Below are positions 18,021 through 26,892 of a DNA stretch of 64,000 bases, one piece after another (the stretch's first letter is position 1; each line of letters opens with the position of its first letter). Both the position numbers and the translations under genes were made by a program. The notes beneath the pieces are model-generated. The model saw nothing but the letters and a program-made list of their open reading frames with translations, had not been told where the DNA came from and made no database searches. The stretch lies in UHGV virus genome UHGV-0229283; one strand, given 5' to 3'. The stretch is from a virus.

Positions 18021-18647
18021 ATGAAATTAGTTTGTGGTATCGGTATAAATGACGCAGATTACAACGTAGTCCAGTTTCGGAATGGTAAGCAGGTTTGGAT
18101 ATGCCCTCACTATAGGGCGTGGAAGAGTATGTTGGGAAGGGTTACTGGTGTGTACACAGACGTGACGGTTGTTAACGCATGGAAGACTTTTTCAAATTTT
18201 AGGTTGTGGTCTGTAAAAAATGCTCCACGTTCGATGGAAGGTTATGTATTGGACAAGGATTTATTATCTTTTTCGAAAAAAGTATATGGCCCCCTTACGT
18301 GTGTATACATTCCAAAAACTTTGAACTCTTTACTGACAGTCGTCAAAGTAAACAAAAACGGCCTACCGCTTGGTGTGTCCAAGATGGATGATTTATTTGT
18401 TTCCCAGATTTCATACCTCGGGAAGAAGAAAGGTCTAGGTAGGTTTTTAAATCCTTCAGATGCTCACCGAGCATGGCAACAGGAAAAAGTAAATAATCTT
18501 CTTGACTATTCAACCAAGTATTATAAAGAATTGGATTTTAATCCCGTTGTTTATGATGCTATACTAACTATAGCAATGAAGATTCATAAAGAAGAGGTCT
18601 CTGGATTAGAAACAGTAAATCTCTTTACCAACAACATAATCTACTGA
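18021..18647 (+). CDS. phage paralog-family protein (paralog of 24484..25062)
   Basis: N-terminus KLVCGIGINDADY...YRAWKSMLGR parallels KVCGIGVNDAPF...YKDWHNMINRC in the other copy. The start is set at MKLV, after GGAG. Confidence 0.5.
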   Translation: MKLVCGIGINDADYNVVQFRNGKQVWICPHYRAWKSMLGRVTGVYTDVTVVNAWKTFSNFRLWSVKNAPRSMEGYVLDKDLLSFSKKVYGPLTCVYIPKTLNSLLTVVKVNKNGLPLGVSKMDDLFVSQISYLGKKKGLGRFLNPSDAHRAWQQEKVNNLLDYSTKYYKELDFNPVVYDAILTIAMKIHKEEVSGLETVNLFTNNIIY

Positions 18648-18658
18648 GGGAAATAACT

Positions 18659-20086
18659 GTGTATAAAGACGAGTCGGAGATGATCTCCAAGCTACAAGAT
18701 TCAGCACTGAAGAAAGTTCAGTCTGCCCGCATCGCTTTACTTACTAATCGACCATTCTACGGGACGCTATTAAGCGGTATGCCGCTGATAGTTGACTGTG
18801 CATGGCTTCCAACCGCAGCGACTGATCATCGCAACCTATACTTTAACCCAGAGTTCATTATGGGTATGCCTGTTGATCGCAAGAAAAAAGTCTTTGCTCG
18901 TATTGACAAGCATCCGATGATGACACAACAGCAAAAAGATGAATATAAAGAATATGTGGATGTCTTCTATCGTCAAAAAACCATGAAGGAAATTGTATTT
19001 ATTCTAATGCATGAGGTCCGCCATGTCACCAACGACCACATGTCTCGTGGGAAAACATTTGACCGTAGACGTTTCAATATCGCAGCCGATCACTATATCA
19101 ACACTGATCTGGTCAAGGAGTTGGGCCAGAAAGCTGAGAGTTTGAAATGGTTCACTCATAGACAAGTGTTTGATAAGTCAAAAGAATTTGGATTCCTTGC
19201 TTACTGCTATTGTGACTATCAGTACGAGGGGAAAACGGCTGAAGAAATTTATGCTCTTTTGCCTGGTGAAGCCGGGGATAGTAAAGGTAAGCCGCTGGGG
19301 GCGCACATCGGGGATTATGATAAAAACCTAGATATTCTGGGGTATACAGACCCACACCCACAGAAGTCTCCTGATCAGGAAGATGAGGATATGTCTTGGT
19401 CTGAGGACATGATTGACGCCGCTATGAAAGCCGCTGGCGGTGAAGGACCGAAAGAAGCCAGAGAATTAATCGCACAAAAAGGTAAACCGAAGATTAATTA
19501 CCTGCAAATAATTAAGCAACGGATGATTTCTCGTGTTAAATCTGATCGTACTTATCGGGTTTTAGGTCGTCGGTCCGGCGGGATGACAAAAGTTCTTCGT
19601 GATCACGGTGCTTTAACTAAGAAACAGTTCATGGTTATGCCGGGTAGAAAACGAACAGAAACTGTAGATATCGTAATCGGTTTTGACGTTTCAGGTTCTA
19701 TCTCTCGTCAAACAATGACACGTATCTTTAATGAGATCATCGCTTTGAGCACCCTGTACCAATGTTTCCGTATCACATTGTTCTGTTGGTCAACCCAAGT
19801 TGGCAACGTCAACGTGTACACACAGGACAACATAAAGGAAATTCTGGATTACAGAGTTACATCGACTGGTGGAACGACTGCGGCATGTGCTTTTGAGTAC
19901 ATCGATGAGTTTATTCCTAAGGCAAAAGAGGTTATAATCTTCACAGATGGTTACATCGAGGACCTGAGACATCGTGGCTCAAGCTGGGGACGTAAGTACA
20001 ACACTCTCTGGGTTATCTGCGGTGGTCGTAAGGGTTGGTTAGCTCCATTCGGGAAGGCGGTAGATTTGGATGAGCACTTTAAATAA
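18659..20086 (+). CDS. VWA-domain protein with N-terminal putative Zn-metallopeptidase (HExxH), DUF2201-like
   Basis: HEVRH zinc-binding motif, plus an IGFDVSGSIS MIDAS-like motif typical of a VWA fold. Confidence 0.6.
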   Translation: MYKDESEMISKLQDSALKKVQSARIALLTNRPFYGTLLSGMPLIVDCAWLPTAATDHRNLYFNPEFIMGMPVDRKKKVFARIDKHPMMTQQQKDEYKEYVDVFYRQKTMKEIVFILMHEVRHVTNDHMSRGKTFDRRRFNIAADHYINTDLVKELGQKAESLKWFTHRQVFDKSKEFGFLAYCYCDYQYEGKTAEEIYALLPGEAGDSKGKPLGAHIGDYDKNLDILGYTDPHPQKSPDQEDEDMSWSEDMIDAAMKAAGGEGPKEARELIAQKGKPKINYLQIIKQRMISRVKSDRTYRVLGRRSGGMTKVLRDHGALTKKQFMVMPGRKRTETVDIVIGFDVSGSISRQTMTRIFNEIIALSTLYQCFRITLFCWSTQVGNVNVYTQDNIKEILDYRVTSTGGTTAACAFEYIDEFIPKAKEVIIFTDGYIEDLRHRGSSWGRKYNTLWVICGGRKGWLAPFGKAVDLDEHFK

Positions 20087-20477
20087 GAAAGTTGTCCACA
20101 ATTTAGATTTTGAGGTTTACTTGATGGGGCTTGGTTGTTGTCTCATTGTGAACTTTGAAGTACAAAATGGTCATGATCTGACTGGCTATAGGTATGACAT
20201 CTTCTGTAACAGGAAGATTGTCGAGGTATATGGTGCCGGAGAAGGTGGTGAGAGGGAGATTATCATTTCCAGGGATTTCACGGATGATCCCCTCCATATC
20301 ACAGAAGAAGAGCTAAGTCTGGTCGAAGTTATGATGACACACTTGTCTCCATTCGAGAGAAGTTTGCACAAACTTGGATGTGATCTGGCTGTTCTTCACT
20401 ACAATGATGCATCTCAAGAGTATGCCCAAGAGGTTGTTAAAAATCACTTGAATAATTATCTGGAGGTAGAAACATGA
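20070..20477 (+). CDS. hypothetical protein
   Basis: 135 aa. Confidence 0.45.
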   Translation: MSTLNKKVVHNLDFEVYLMGLGCCLIVNFEVQNGHDLTGYRYDIFCNRKIVEVYGAGEGGEREIIISRDFTDDPLHITEEELSLVEVMMTHLSPFERSLHKLGCDLAVLHYNDASQEYAQEVVKNHLNNYLEVET

Positions 20478-20770
20478 GAATCTCTAAGAGTTTCAGTGTT
20501 TTATGCTCTTATGGGATGATATCCAATCTGAAGTTATCTTCAACGGATATCCGCATTTACCTGTACTTGAAATTCAGGTGGCAGTTCTTTCACAGCAAAG
20601 GCTCAGAGTTTTGTGAATCAACCACCACTATCTCTGAAGAGGTTGGTGTTTCTGAAAGGACTGTTCGTCGGTCTATGGAGAAATTAGAAGAGTTGGGATA
20701 CCTAGAGGTAGTCAACCGACCAGGAAAAACCAGCCTGTATATCACCAAAGATGAGGTGGCTATTAAGTAA
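20474..20770 (+). CDS. winged-HTH DNA-binding protein
   Basis: ISEEVGVSERTVRRSMEKLEELGYLEV is a helix-turn-helix signature. ATGA coupling to the upstream gene. Confidence 0.5.
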   Translation: MRISKSFSVLCSYGMISNLKLSSTDIRIYLYLKFRWQFFHSKGSEFCESTTTISEEVGVSERTVRRSMEKLEELGYLEVVNRPGKTSLYITKDEVAIK

Positions 20771-20993
20771 CCAACCCCGGACACTGGTGACCGGACACCC
20801 AGGACATGGATGACCTACGACATAATAAAGAATAAAACAATAAAGATAATAAAACCTAAAACATAGATCTTTATAAAAAGATCTTGATCTATGGTTTAGT
20901 TAGTGTATAGTTAGTTTCAAGAGGAAGTGATGAATCACTTCAGATGTGTGGAAGTGCAATGTGTTCGGAGCCACGGGCGACAGGAGCTTCTAA

Positions 20994-21245
20994 ATGCGAC
21001 GATTAACTGGGGGCGGCGCGAGCCGTACTGAGATGGAAGTTATAAAACTACGAAAAACGTGGAATAACCTTGTTGGTGGAAGACGAGGTACGGTAAAAAT
21101 GCATTTGGTGGCCAGCTTTATTGACCAAGGTCAACACGTTGCAACATATCGTTGGTGGTCAAGAAAATATGGCTGGCAATATGAGACCAAACCTGCATAC
21201 CTTTATGCACAGACATGGCGGCTAATGGAAAAATGGAATGACTAA
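20994..21245 (+). CDS. hypothetical protein
   Basis: 83-aa ORF after a 220-bp AT-rich spacer. The start is uncertain. Confidence 0.35.
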   Translation: MRRLTGGGASRTEMEVIKLRKTWNNLVGGRRGTVKMHLVASFIDQGQHVATYRWWSRKYGWQYETKPAYLYAQTWRLMEKWND

Positions 21246-21308
21246 ACAACAAGCTTGGACACTTGACAATGGCGAAGCACTAGATTCAACCCTAAACAAG
21301 GATAAAAA

Positions 21309-21569
21309 ATGAAAACGATCCGTATCCGTCAACACCGTGGTGGCCTGTTGGAAAGCAAACAAACAGAGAAAGAAATTCCTGCCACCAAAGAAGCTGTGCT
21401 TGAATACGTTGTAGATTCTGGTATGATTATGACTATGCTTCCTCTGGGAGCTGATGATGTTGTAGTTGTGCCTTACTATGAAGATGGTAAGGACAAGATT
21501 TATATGGTGAAGGTATTTTCCATGCCCTTCGGTTTTATCGAAACTGTTGGAAATTTAACACTTAACTAA
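21309..21569 (+). CDS. hypothetical protein
   Basis: 86 aa. Confidence 0.5.
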   Translation: MKTIRIRQHRGGLLESKQTEKEIPATKEAVLEYVVDSGMIMTMLPLGADDVVVVPYYEDGKDKIYMVKVFSMPFGFIETVGNLTLN

Positions 21570-21594
21570 AGTTATCTTAAGAGGAGATTACAAA

Positions 21595-22251
21595 ATGGGT
21601 TCATGGCCTTTTCTGATTTATGTGATTGATGTTCTGACTACAGACGGTAATTATGGTGGTTGGGTTGCTCTGATGCTTATCTCTGCTCTCGCATACGCCG
21701 CCTGCTATTTCGGTCAGAAGATTTATGAAGATCTTGAGAAGAATGGTACAGCCTTAGGGTATCAGTTCTTCGAAGGTGAAAACCTGATTCTTAACCAAGA
21801 CTGGAATGGATGTAAGGCCGGGGATACGATTGAAATCGTTACGGTATGGAACAGTGATAATACGCTTCGAGTTCGCTTGCCGAATGGAAGGGTCTCCAGC
21901 AACGATATTAAGCAGTCCACAATCTACAAAGTAACCCGGAAGGAAGGCCAATCAACAACACCTGTTGTGGTAAAGGATGTTACCAAAGGTCCACGTAAGA
22001 TCGCAGTCTTTGGCATGGTTATATGTTTCCTAGGTATCCTGTACGCTAACTTTATGCCGCAGAAAGAGACGGCCTATAAGATGCTGGCAGCGTATGTAGG
22101 TCAGAATGTGGTTGAGTCACCACGTACACAACAACTGGCGGACAGTACGATCAAGTATCTTGATGCTCAAATCAAGAAATATACTGATGAGCTTGATGCC
22201 ACTACGAAAAAAGAAAAGGCAGAGAAATCTAAGGCGGAGGATAAGCAATAA
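21595..22251 (+). CDS. membrane protein with lysine-rich C-terminus
   Basis: Strong AAGAGGAG Shine-Dalgarno and two hydrophobic helices. Confidence 0.55.
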   Translation: MGSWPFLIYVIDVLTTDGNYGGWVALMLISALAYAACYFGQKIYEDLEKNGTALGYQFFEGENLILNQDWNGCKAGDTIEIVTVWNSDNTLRVRLPNGRVSSNDIKQSTIYKVTRKEGQSTTPVVVKDVTKGPRKIAVFGMVICFLGILYANFMPQKETAYKMLAAYVGQNVVESPRTQQLADSTIKYLDAQIKKYTDELDATTKKEKAEKSKAEDKQ

Positions 22252-22505
22252 TGGAAAAATACTTAGAGGTTGAAGAGGATACTGAATTTTACCGTGGTCG
22301 AGCACAAGTTATGGAATCTTGCTGTAAAGGAATGATTCTTATCCAACTGTGGATGACGGATAAGACCACTGATGACCTGGACAGTGCAGGCATTCGTCTC
22401 ACTCGTACTCAGGCCCGTCAGGTAGCAAACCACCTGAATAATCTGGCAGATCAACTCTTCTTTGAAGAACAAGAGAGTAAAAAAGGTGCAAATGAAACTA
22501 TTTGA
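22251..22505 (+). CDS. hypothetical protein
   Basis: 84 aa. Confidence 0.45.
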   Translation: MEKYLEVEEDTEFYRGRAQVMESCCKGMILIQLWMTDKTTDDLDSAGIRLTRTQARQVANHLNNLADQLFFEEQESKKGANETI

Positions 22506-22845
22506 TCGTAGGCGGATAGCACTTGACTTTGATGATACTTTCACGTTAAATCCAACCATGTGGCAACACATTGTTGACCTGATGATCATCGAGGGTGATT
22601 TTGATGTTCGTTTCGTTACCTTCCGATATCCGACTGATAATAACTCGGACATTGAGTTCTGGGCTAATGAGCTGGATATCAAAGTAATCTACTGTGGTGG
22701 TGTACAAAAGGCCCAAGTGTGTGCAGAAAACGGCTGGACACCAGATGTCTGGATTGATGATATGCCAATCCTGATCCCAATGAAACAACAACTCCAGGGC
22801 ATGATCCTTGGTATTGAAAAGAACGAGGGTAAGCATGAAAAATAA
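22492..22845 (+). CDS. HAD-superfamily hydrolase-like protein
   Basis: An LDFDDT (DxDxT) motif sits right after the chosen start MKLFDRRR, which has a GGTG Shine-Dalgarno. Confidence 0.45.
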   Translation: MKLFDRRRIALDFDDTFTLNPTMWQHIVDLMIIEGDFDVRFVTFRYPTDNNSDIEFWANELDIKVIYCGGVQKAQVCAENGWTPDVWIDDMPILIPMKQQLQGMILGIEKNEGKHEK

Positions 22846-22987
22846 AGAAAAGTATGCAGATAGTCTATATAAGATGCTCTATGATATCTGCAAAGCTCGA
22901 CCAATAGGAAGCTCAAGAGGCTTCCTGATTGCAAAGGCCAAACGTCTCATCAAAGAGATTGAAGAAGAGGAAAAACTCAATGGCTAA
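22835..22987 (+). CDS. hypothetical small protein (50 aa)
   Basis: Unlisted ORF with a GAGGGTAAG Shine-Dalgarno. Confidence 0.3.
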   Translation: MKNKEKYADSLYKMLYDICKARPIGSSRGFLIAKAKRLIKEIEEEEKLNG

Positions 22988-23390
22988 GTTAGGAAAGCGT
23001 GGATATCCAGCACTATACCTGAAAGGCAGTAATGCTTGGTATACCGGGTATGCCCATGACTGGAAGATGGAAGATAAGGTGGATGTTTCCGATCGTCATG
23101 AAATTCGCGAGCTGAAACTCCAGTACACTGGATTCAGTCGTGGTCGTTCTGCTGCGAATATTGAAATGGTCGATCAAGACGGGAACAAGTTCCTGATGTC
23201 AATGTCTGGGTTTGATTTGTTGATGAAAATAGTCGATGCACCAGCAAGTGTCAAAAGACCAGAAAAGCTTGGTGGGTATGATATTCTCCGCGTCACCCAG
23301 CATGGCGGCGGCGGTGTCTGGTACATTGGTTCATTTTGTCAAACAAAACAAGGCCAGAACTATTTTATTGAACCTGTGGAGGTAAGATGA
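22980..23390 (+). CDS. hypothetical protein
   Basis: The start is moved to MAKLGKRGYP, which has an AAGAGGAAAA Shine-Dalgarno. Confidence 0.5.
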   Translation: MAKLGKRGYPALYLKGSNAWYTGYAHDWKMEDKVDVSDRHEIRELKLQYTGFSRGRSAANIEMVDQDGNKFLMSMSGFDLLMKIVDAPASVKRPEKLGGYDILRVTQHGGGGVWYIGSFCQTKQGQNYFIEPVEVR

Positions 23391-23545
23391 TGAGCTTGGA
23401 AAAACGATCTAAATATTTGGTTTTTAAGTTCTGGGAGACCATGTATGATGTCTGCTACCTGGTGTTTGGAAACCTCCCGGTAACTTTCGATGTCAAACAC
23501 AAGATGAATATGGCGTATATGCGCTACCAAATGAAACGTGACTGA
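23387..23545 (+). CDS. hypothetical small protein (52 aa)
   Basis: Unlisted ORF MMSLEKRSKYLVFKFWE... coupled to the upstream gene by an ATGA overlap. Confidence 0.3.
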   Translation: MMSLEKRSKYLVFKFWETMYDVCYLVFGNLPVTFDVKHKMNMAYMRYQMKRD

Positions 23546-23562
23546 AAAACAGATGCTATGAT

Positions 23563-23602
23563 ACCCCGTATGATGCGTAGAAACGCCGTGGCGGGGTTTT
23601 TA
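23563..23602 (+). terminator. putative terminator
   Basis: A compound GC hairpin (CCCCG...GCGTagaaACGC...CGGGG) followed by TTTTT. Confidence 0.4.
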
Positions 23603-23671
23603 GCACATAAGGTAGGAAAACGTACTGCCTTTTCATAAAACCCCTCAGAATTGATTACAGGACGCTACACG

Positions 23672-24487
23672 ATGACTACTATTTTAAACACTCTCGAACT
23701 TATCCCCCATAACAAGGTTAGTTATGATTTTCCTAACGTGCGCGGCGACCTTGAAAGGCTTTACCTTGATGCAGTATATGCCCTTGGTGGTGTAGAATTC
23801 TCTACTGACGAGACTGATGAGAGGACTTTCAATCAGGCCAAGGCCAGCGTGGAAAGTGTGCTTGATGACCTTAAGCAATACGCTACAGGTTCAGAGGTTG
23901 AAGGGCTTCTCGATTATGCAAAAGACACTGAACGTGCCTTTGTTGAAAGAGGTGAGTATGTACTCAATGCCATGCGGCGCATGAACAAGTTCAGTAAGGA
24001 TATCTTAGATATCGACAATACCTGGAACAGAGAAGACATTGCAAATGGTGTTGCCTGGATCGCAGAGCAACTGGGTGAGATGTTTGATGGAGGCTCCCAT
24101 ATACGGTACATGATGCAGAATCGAGGATGGCGAGACCTGTATCTTGATTACCTCGTGAACCTTGTCGGTAACCCGGTAGTAGAGGTGCTTGCACATTATT
24201 CTTCTGCTCATGATTTGGTGTATGGTGTCGATGGTCGTATCAAGATTTCTGATAATACCGTTACACTTATGAATGGCCCTACTTCCTTGGTCCTTTCTCC
24301 TATTCCCGGTGATATGCGTATTGTTTACACAGTCCCAGGAAAGACAGAACGGTTCCTGATTTCTGTATTGAGCACATTTTTCATTGACATTTGTAATCCG
24401 ACTCCAGATGAGATTCAAATGTATGAGATTTCTACAGGTACAACCTATGATATCCGTAAATGGAAGGAGATATTTGGAGGTAGATGA
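23672..24487 (+). CDS. hypothetical protein
   Basis: The ORF-track start is TTG. The start is moved to MTTILNTLEL. Confidence 0.5.
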   Translation: MTTILNTLELIPHNKVSYDFPNVRGDLERLYLDAVYALGGVEFSTDETDERTFNQAKASVESVLDDLKQYATGSEVEGLLDYAKDTERAFVERGEYVLNAMRRMNKFSKDILDIDNTWNREDIANGVAWIAEQLGEMFDGGSHIRYMMQNRGWRDLYLDYLVNLVGNPVVEVLAHYSSAHDLVYGVDGRIKISDNTVTLMNGPTSLVLSPIPGDMRIVYTVPGKTERFLISVLSTFFIDICNPTPDEIQMYEISTGTTYDIRKWKEIFGGR

Positions 24488-25062
24488 TGAATTTAAATTC
24501 TGAGATGGAATCAATACCGTCTACAAAACATCGAGGTAAGGTCTGTGGTATAGGGGTTAACGATGCGCCTTTTACCACCAGTATGCGTAAAGATGGTAAG
24601 ATGTATCACCACACAGCCTATAAAGATTGGCATAACATGATAAATAGGTGTTATAGTGGAAAGTACCCATCTTATCGGGGGGTTGTTGTATCTGAAGAAT
24701 GGCACCACTTCATGGATTTTTATCTTTGGTGGCAGATGAATTATCATGATGGTTTTCAACTTGATAAGGACCTCTTTGGTGATAAGTTAAAATACAGCCC
24801 TGCAACATGCAGATACATACCTTTGTGGATGAACTGTTCTTTACATGGTGGTGGTAAACCTGGTGTACATTACCACAAAGCCTCTGGCCTTTATCGCTCA
24901 GGAAAGGATGGGATATTTGGTACATTTGAGGATGAGGATTCTGCTTGGAAAGTTTGGCGTAATAATTTTGTAAATACAAAAGATTATGATATTTGGAACA
25001 GCCTGGATATTTCAATCAGGGAGAGATTTTGTAAATTGAAAGACATTTGTATGATATTTTAA
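24484..25062 (+). CDS. phage paralog-family protein (paralog of 18021..18647)
   Basis: Shares the CGIG(V/I)NDA...W...M..R motifs with the other copy. Confidence 0.5.
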   Translation: MMNLNSEMESIPSTKHRGKVCGIGVNDAPFTTSMRKDGKMYHHTAYKDWHNMINRCYSGKYPSYRGVVVSEEWHHFMDFYLWWQMNYHDGFQLDKDLFGDKLKYSPATCRYIPLWMNCSLHGGGKPGVHYHKASGLYRSGKDGIFGTFEDEDSAWKVWRNNFVNTKDYDIWNSLDISIRERFCKLKDICMIF

Positions 25063-25301
25063 TTTTACATGATATTTTAAAATTCGAAATGGTTTTCAAA
25101 ATCGTTTTTGAAACGGATTTCATCTTCCCTGCAAATTTTTAAATAAAGAGTTTTGGGAGTAGGTTATCTCAAACCTTTGTGGAAGCTATGTCGAAAAATG
25201 ATGCACAAGTGTATGATTGCTATAGGTATCTTGGCATCAAGATTGGACATTTATCTCAAATAGGCGAAAAAGATATCTCAAATTTTCAGGTAGAAAACTC
25301 T

Positions 25302-25510
25302 GGGTTCTCGATCGACTTTTCGTTTTCAAAAACGTATTTGCTCTCACTATCAAAAAATTTTTCTCTATATCAACCGGGTTCTCGATCGGTTTTTCAAAAT
25401 CGAGATCGTAAATGTTTTTTCTCTAGAAAAAATTTTTCGGCCCGGTTCTCGATCGAGATCTCAATTTCCAGATCGTATTTGTTTTCTTACGCGAAAAAAT
25501 TTTTTAGGGG
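25302..25510. repeat. three degenerate tandem repeats of about 70 bp
   Basis: Each unit begins GGTTCTCGATCG (at 25302, 25376 and 25444) and ends in an AAAAAATTTTTC tract. The region is AT-rich and ORF-poor. Confidence 0.5.
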
Positions 25511-25883
25511 TATCGCTCAGTATATCACATGAAAATCAGAAGTCAATATTTAAATTTTTTGTTGAATGAGAAGCATTCTTATTTAGTTATTTGAATGATA
25601 ATCATTCTCATTTGCTGAATGACAGGCACCCCCGGTGTTTTGTACTCCGGTTTCAATGTTCCCGCTATGTGTATAATATAGGATACACGGCCCCAGGTTG
25701 CAAGCGTCTTTACAATTCTTTACAAATAGACTTTAGGCGAGCTACCGGCGATCCACCTTCCAACCAGGTCTCCGCGCCTGGTATGTTAGCCCCGCCTTTC
25801 CGCCGTGGGGTGGCGTCTCTTCTCCTGTCTGATAAATATAACCCATGTCGGGGCCGTTTGCAAGCCCCGCGATAAAATATTTT

Positions 25884-26069
25884 TTACTCCCAGGAGTCCG
25901 CGAGCACTTCCCCATTTTCCGCTACAATTCTCACCCTGGTAAATCCTGCATTATACATTTTCAACGCGAAGGGTAAAGGCACGATCCTAACCTGGGGCGC
26001 TGCGCTTTCCGTCTCCCAGGTGGAAAGGGTGACCATTGTCTCACTCGTTGTTACTTTTGCGTTTTCCAT
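25884..26069 (-). CDS. hypothetical small protein (61 aa), block-type RBS
   Basis: Preceded on the minus strand by AAAGGTAAACGAAATG, which is identical to the Shine-Dalgarno used by plus-strand genes in the block. Confidence 0.45.
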   Translation of the reverse strand: MENAKVTTSETMVTLSTWETESAAPQVRIVPLPFALKMYNAGFTRVRIVAENGEVLADSWE

Positions 26070-26173
26070 TTCGTTTACCTTTATTTGTGGGCGTCCTTAT
26101 ATAGTACACTAACCAGGCCTGGGCGCAAGCCCACACGAACAAAAATATTTTTAATTTATTTTCATCCAGGGGA

Positions 26174-26202
26174 TTGACGGCAATTAGTAAAGCGCTTACT
26201 AT
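26174..26202 (+). promoter_or_regulatory. sigma70-like promoter
   Basis: TTGACG, a 17-nt spacer, then TACTAT, about 45 nt upstream of the gene at 26250. Confidence 0.45.
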
Positions 26203-26249
26203 CCATCTCATCAGGTCCCCCGTCGCCCACACTTAAAAGGTAAAATAGA

Positions 26250-26543
26250 ATGAAAATTTCCGCTAACAAACAATTGATCGACACTGTAAAAAATTATATC
26301 CGCCACCCGTATGAGTTCGGTGGGTATCCGAAAATTTTAATTATGCGTGATGGTGGTTGCCTTTGCTCAAAGTGTACGCATGAAAATTTTACCCGCCTAT
26401 TGGAAGAATTAAGGGATGAGAGTGATCTGGCATGGATGCCAGCCGATGTGGGTATTTTCTGGGAAGGTGCGGATTTCCCATGTGGTAATTGCCAGACTCC
26501 GATCCCTAGTGCATATGGAGATCCCGAAGAAGAAGAAGAATAA
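26250..26543 (+). CDS. zinc-ribbon protein with polyglutamate C-terminal tail
   Basis: AAAAGGTAAAATAGAATG start context. Contains CLCSKC...CGNC and ends DPEEEEE. Confidence 0.55.
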   Translation: MKISANKQLIDTVKNYIRHPYEFGGYPKILIMRDGGCLCSKCTHENFTRLLEELRDESDLAWMPADVGIFWEGADFPCGNCQTPIPSAYGDPEEEEE

Positions 26544-26551
26544 ATATTTAA

Positions 26552-26587
26552 TTGACACGGGCCAGTGTCCGGGGTTACAATCCCCGG
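26552..26587 (+). promoter_or_regulatory. sigma70-like promoter with the -10 in a hairpin loop
   Basis: TTGACA followed by GGTTACAAT. The -10 lies inside the hairpin CCGGGGTTACAATCCCCGG. Confidence 0.4.
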
Positions 26588-26631
26588 ACCTGACAATCAA
26601 AACAAAAAACTACACAAATCGAGGTTACAAC

Positions 26632-26799
26632 ATGAAAAACATTTCTTTTACTACCCGTGACCAGGCCCGCGCTTTTGCCCGTAATGTTAACAGCAAGGTA
26701 ACCACGGCGGCGCGTTTACGTCAACCTGTTAAAGATGGCGCCGGGCAATGGGTTATCCCTGGGATCAACCACGGCAAAACCTTATCCCTGGCTAAATAA
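26632..26799 (+). CDS. hypothetical small protein (55 aa)
   Basis: ORF 26416..26799 trimmed to MKNISF, which has a CGAGGTTACAACATG start context. Confidence 0.45.
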   Translation: MKNISFTTRDQARAFARNVNSKVTTAARLRQPVKDGAGQWVIPGINHGKTLSLAK

Positions 26800-26892
26800 A
26801 ATATTTTATCCTGGGCGCTTGCTTTCAGTTAGCGCCTTTGATAAAGTGTTTTCTCAGGCGGCAAGGGCCGCGATAAATCGAGGTAAAAAGCA

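Noticed and set aside
25179-25532. 117-aa plus-strand ORF
   Set aside because: It sits wholly within the three tandem 70-bp repeats and AT tracts, with low-complexity repetitive translation and no Shine-Dalgarno. It is treated as non-coding.
25591-25875. 94-aa plus-strand ORF in the GC-rich hairpin region
   Set aside because: It starts upstream of the only plausible promoter, has no Shine-Dalgarno, and spans Fur-like boxes and hairpins. It is more likely UTR or ncRNA.
25640-26230. Possible tRNA cluster, retron ncRNA or group I intron in the GC-rich segment
   Set aside because: No cloverleaf or T-loop GTTCRA motifs were found. No reverse transcriptase gene is nearby. The nrdA, nrdB and thyX reading frames are uninterrupted, so no intron is required.
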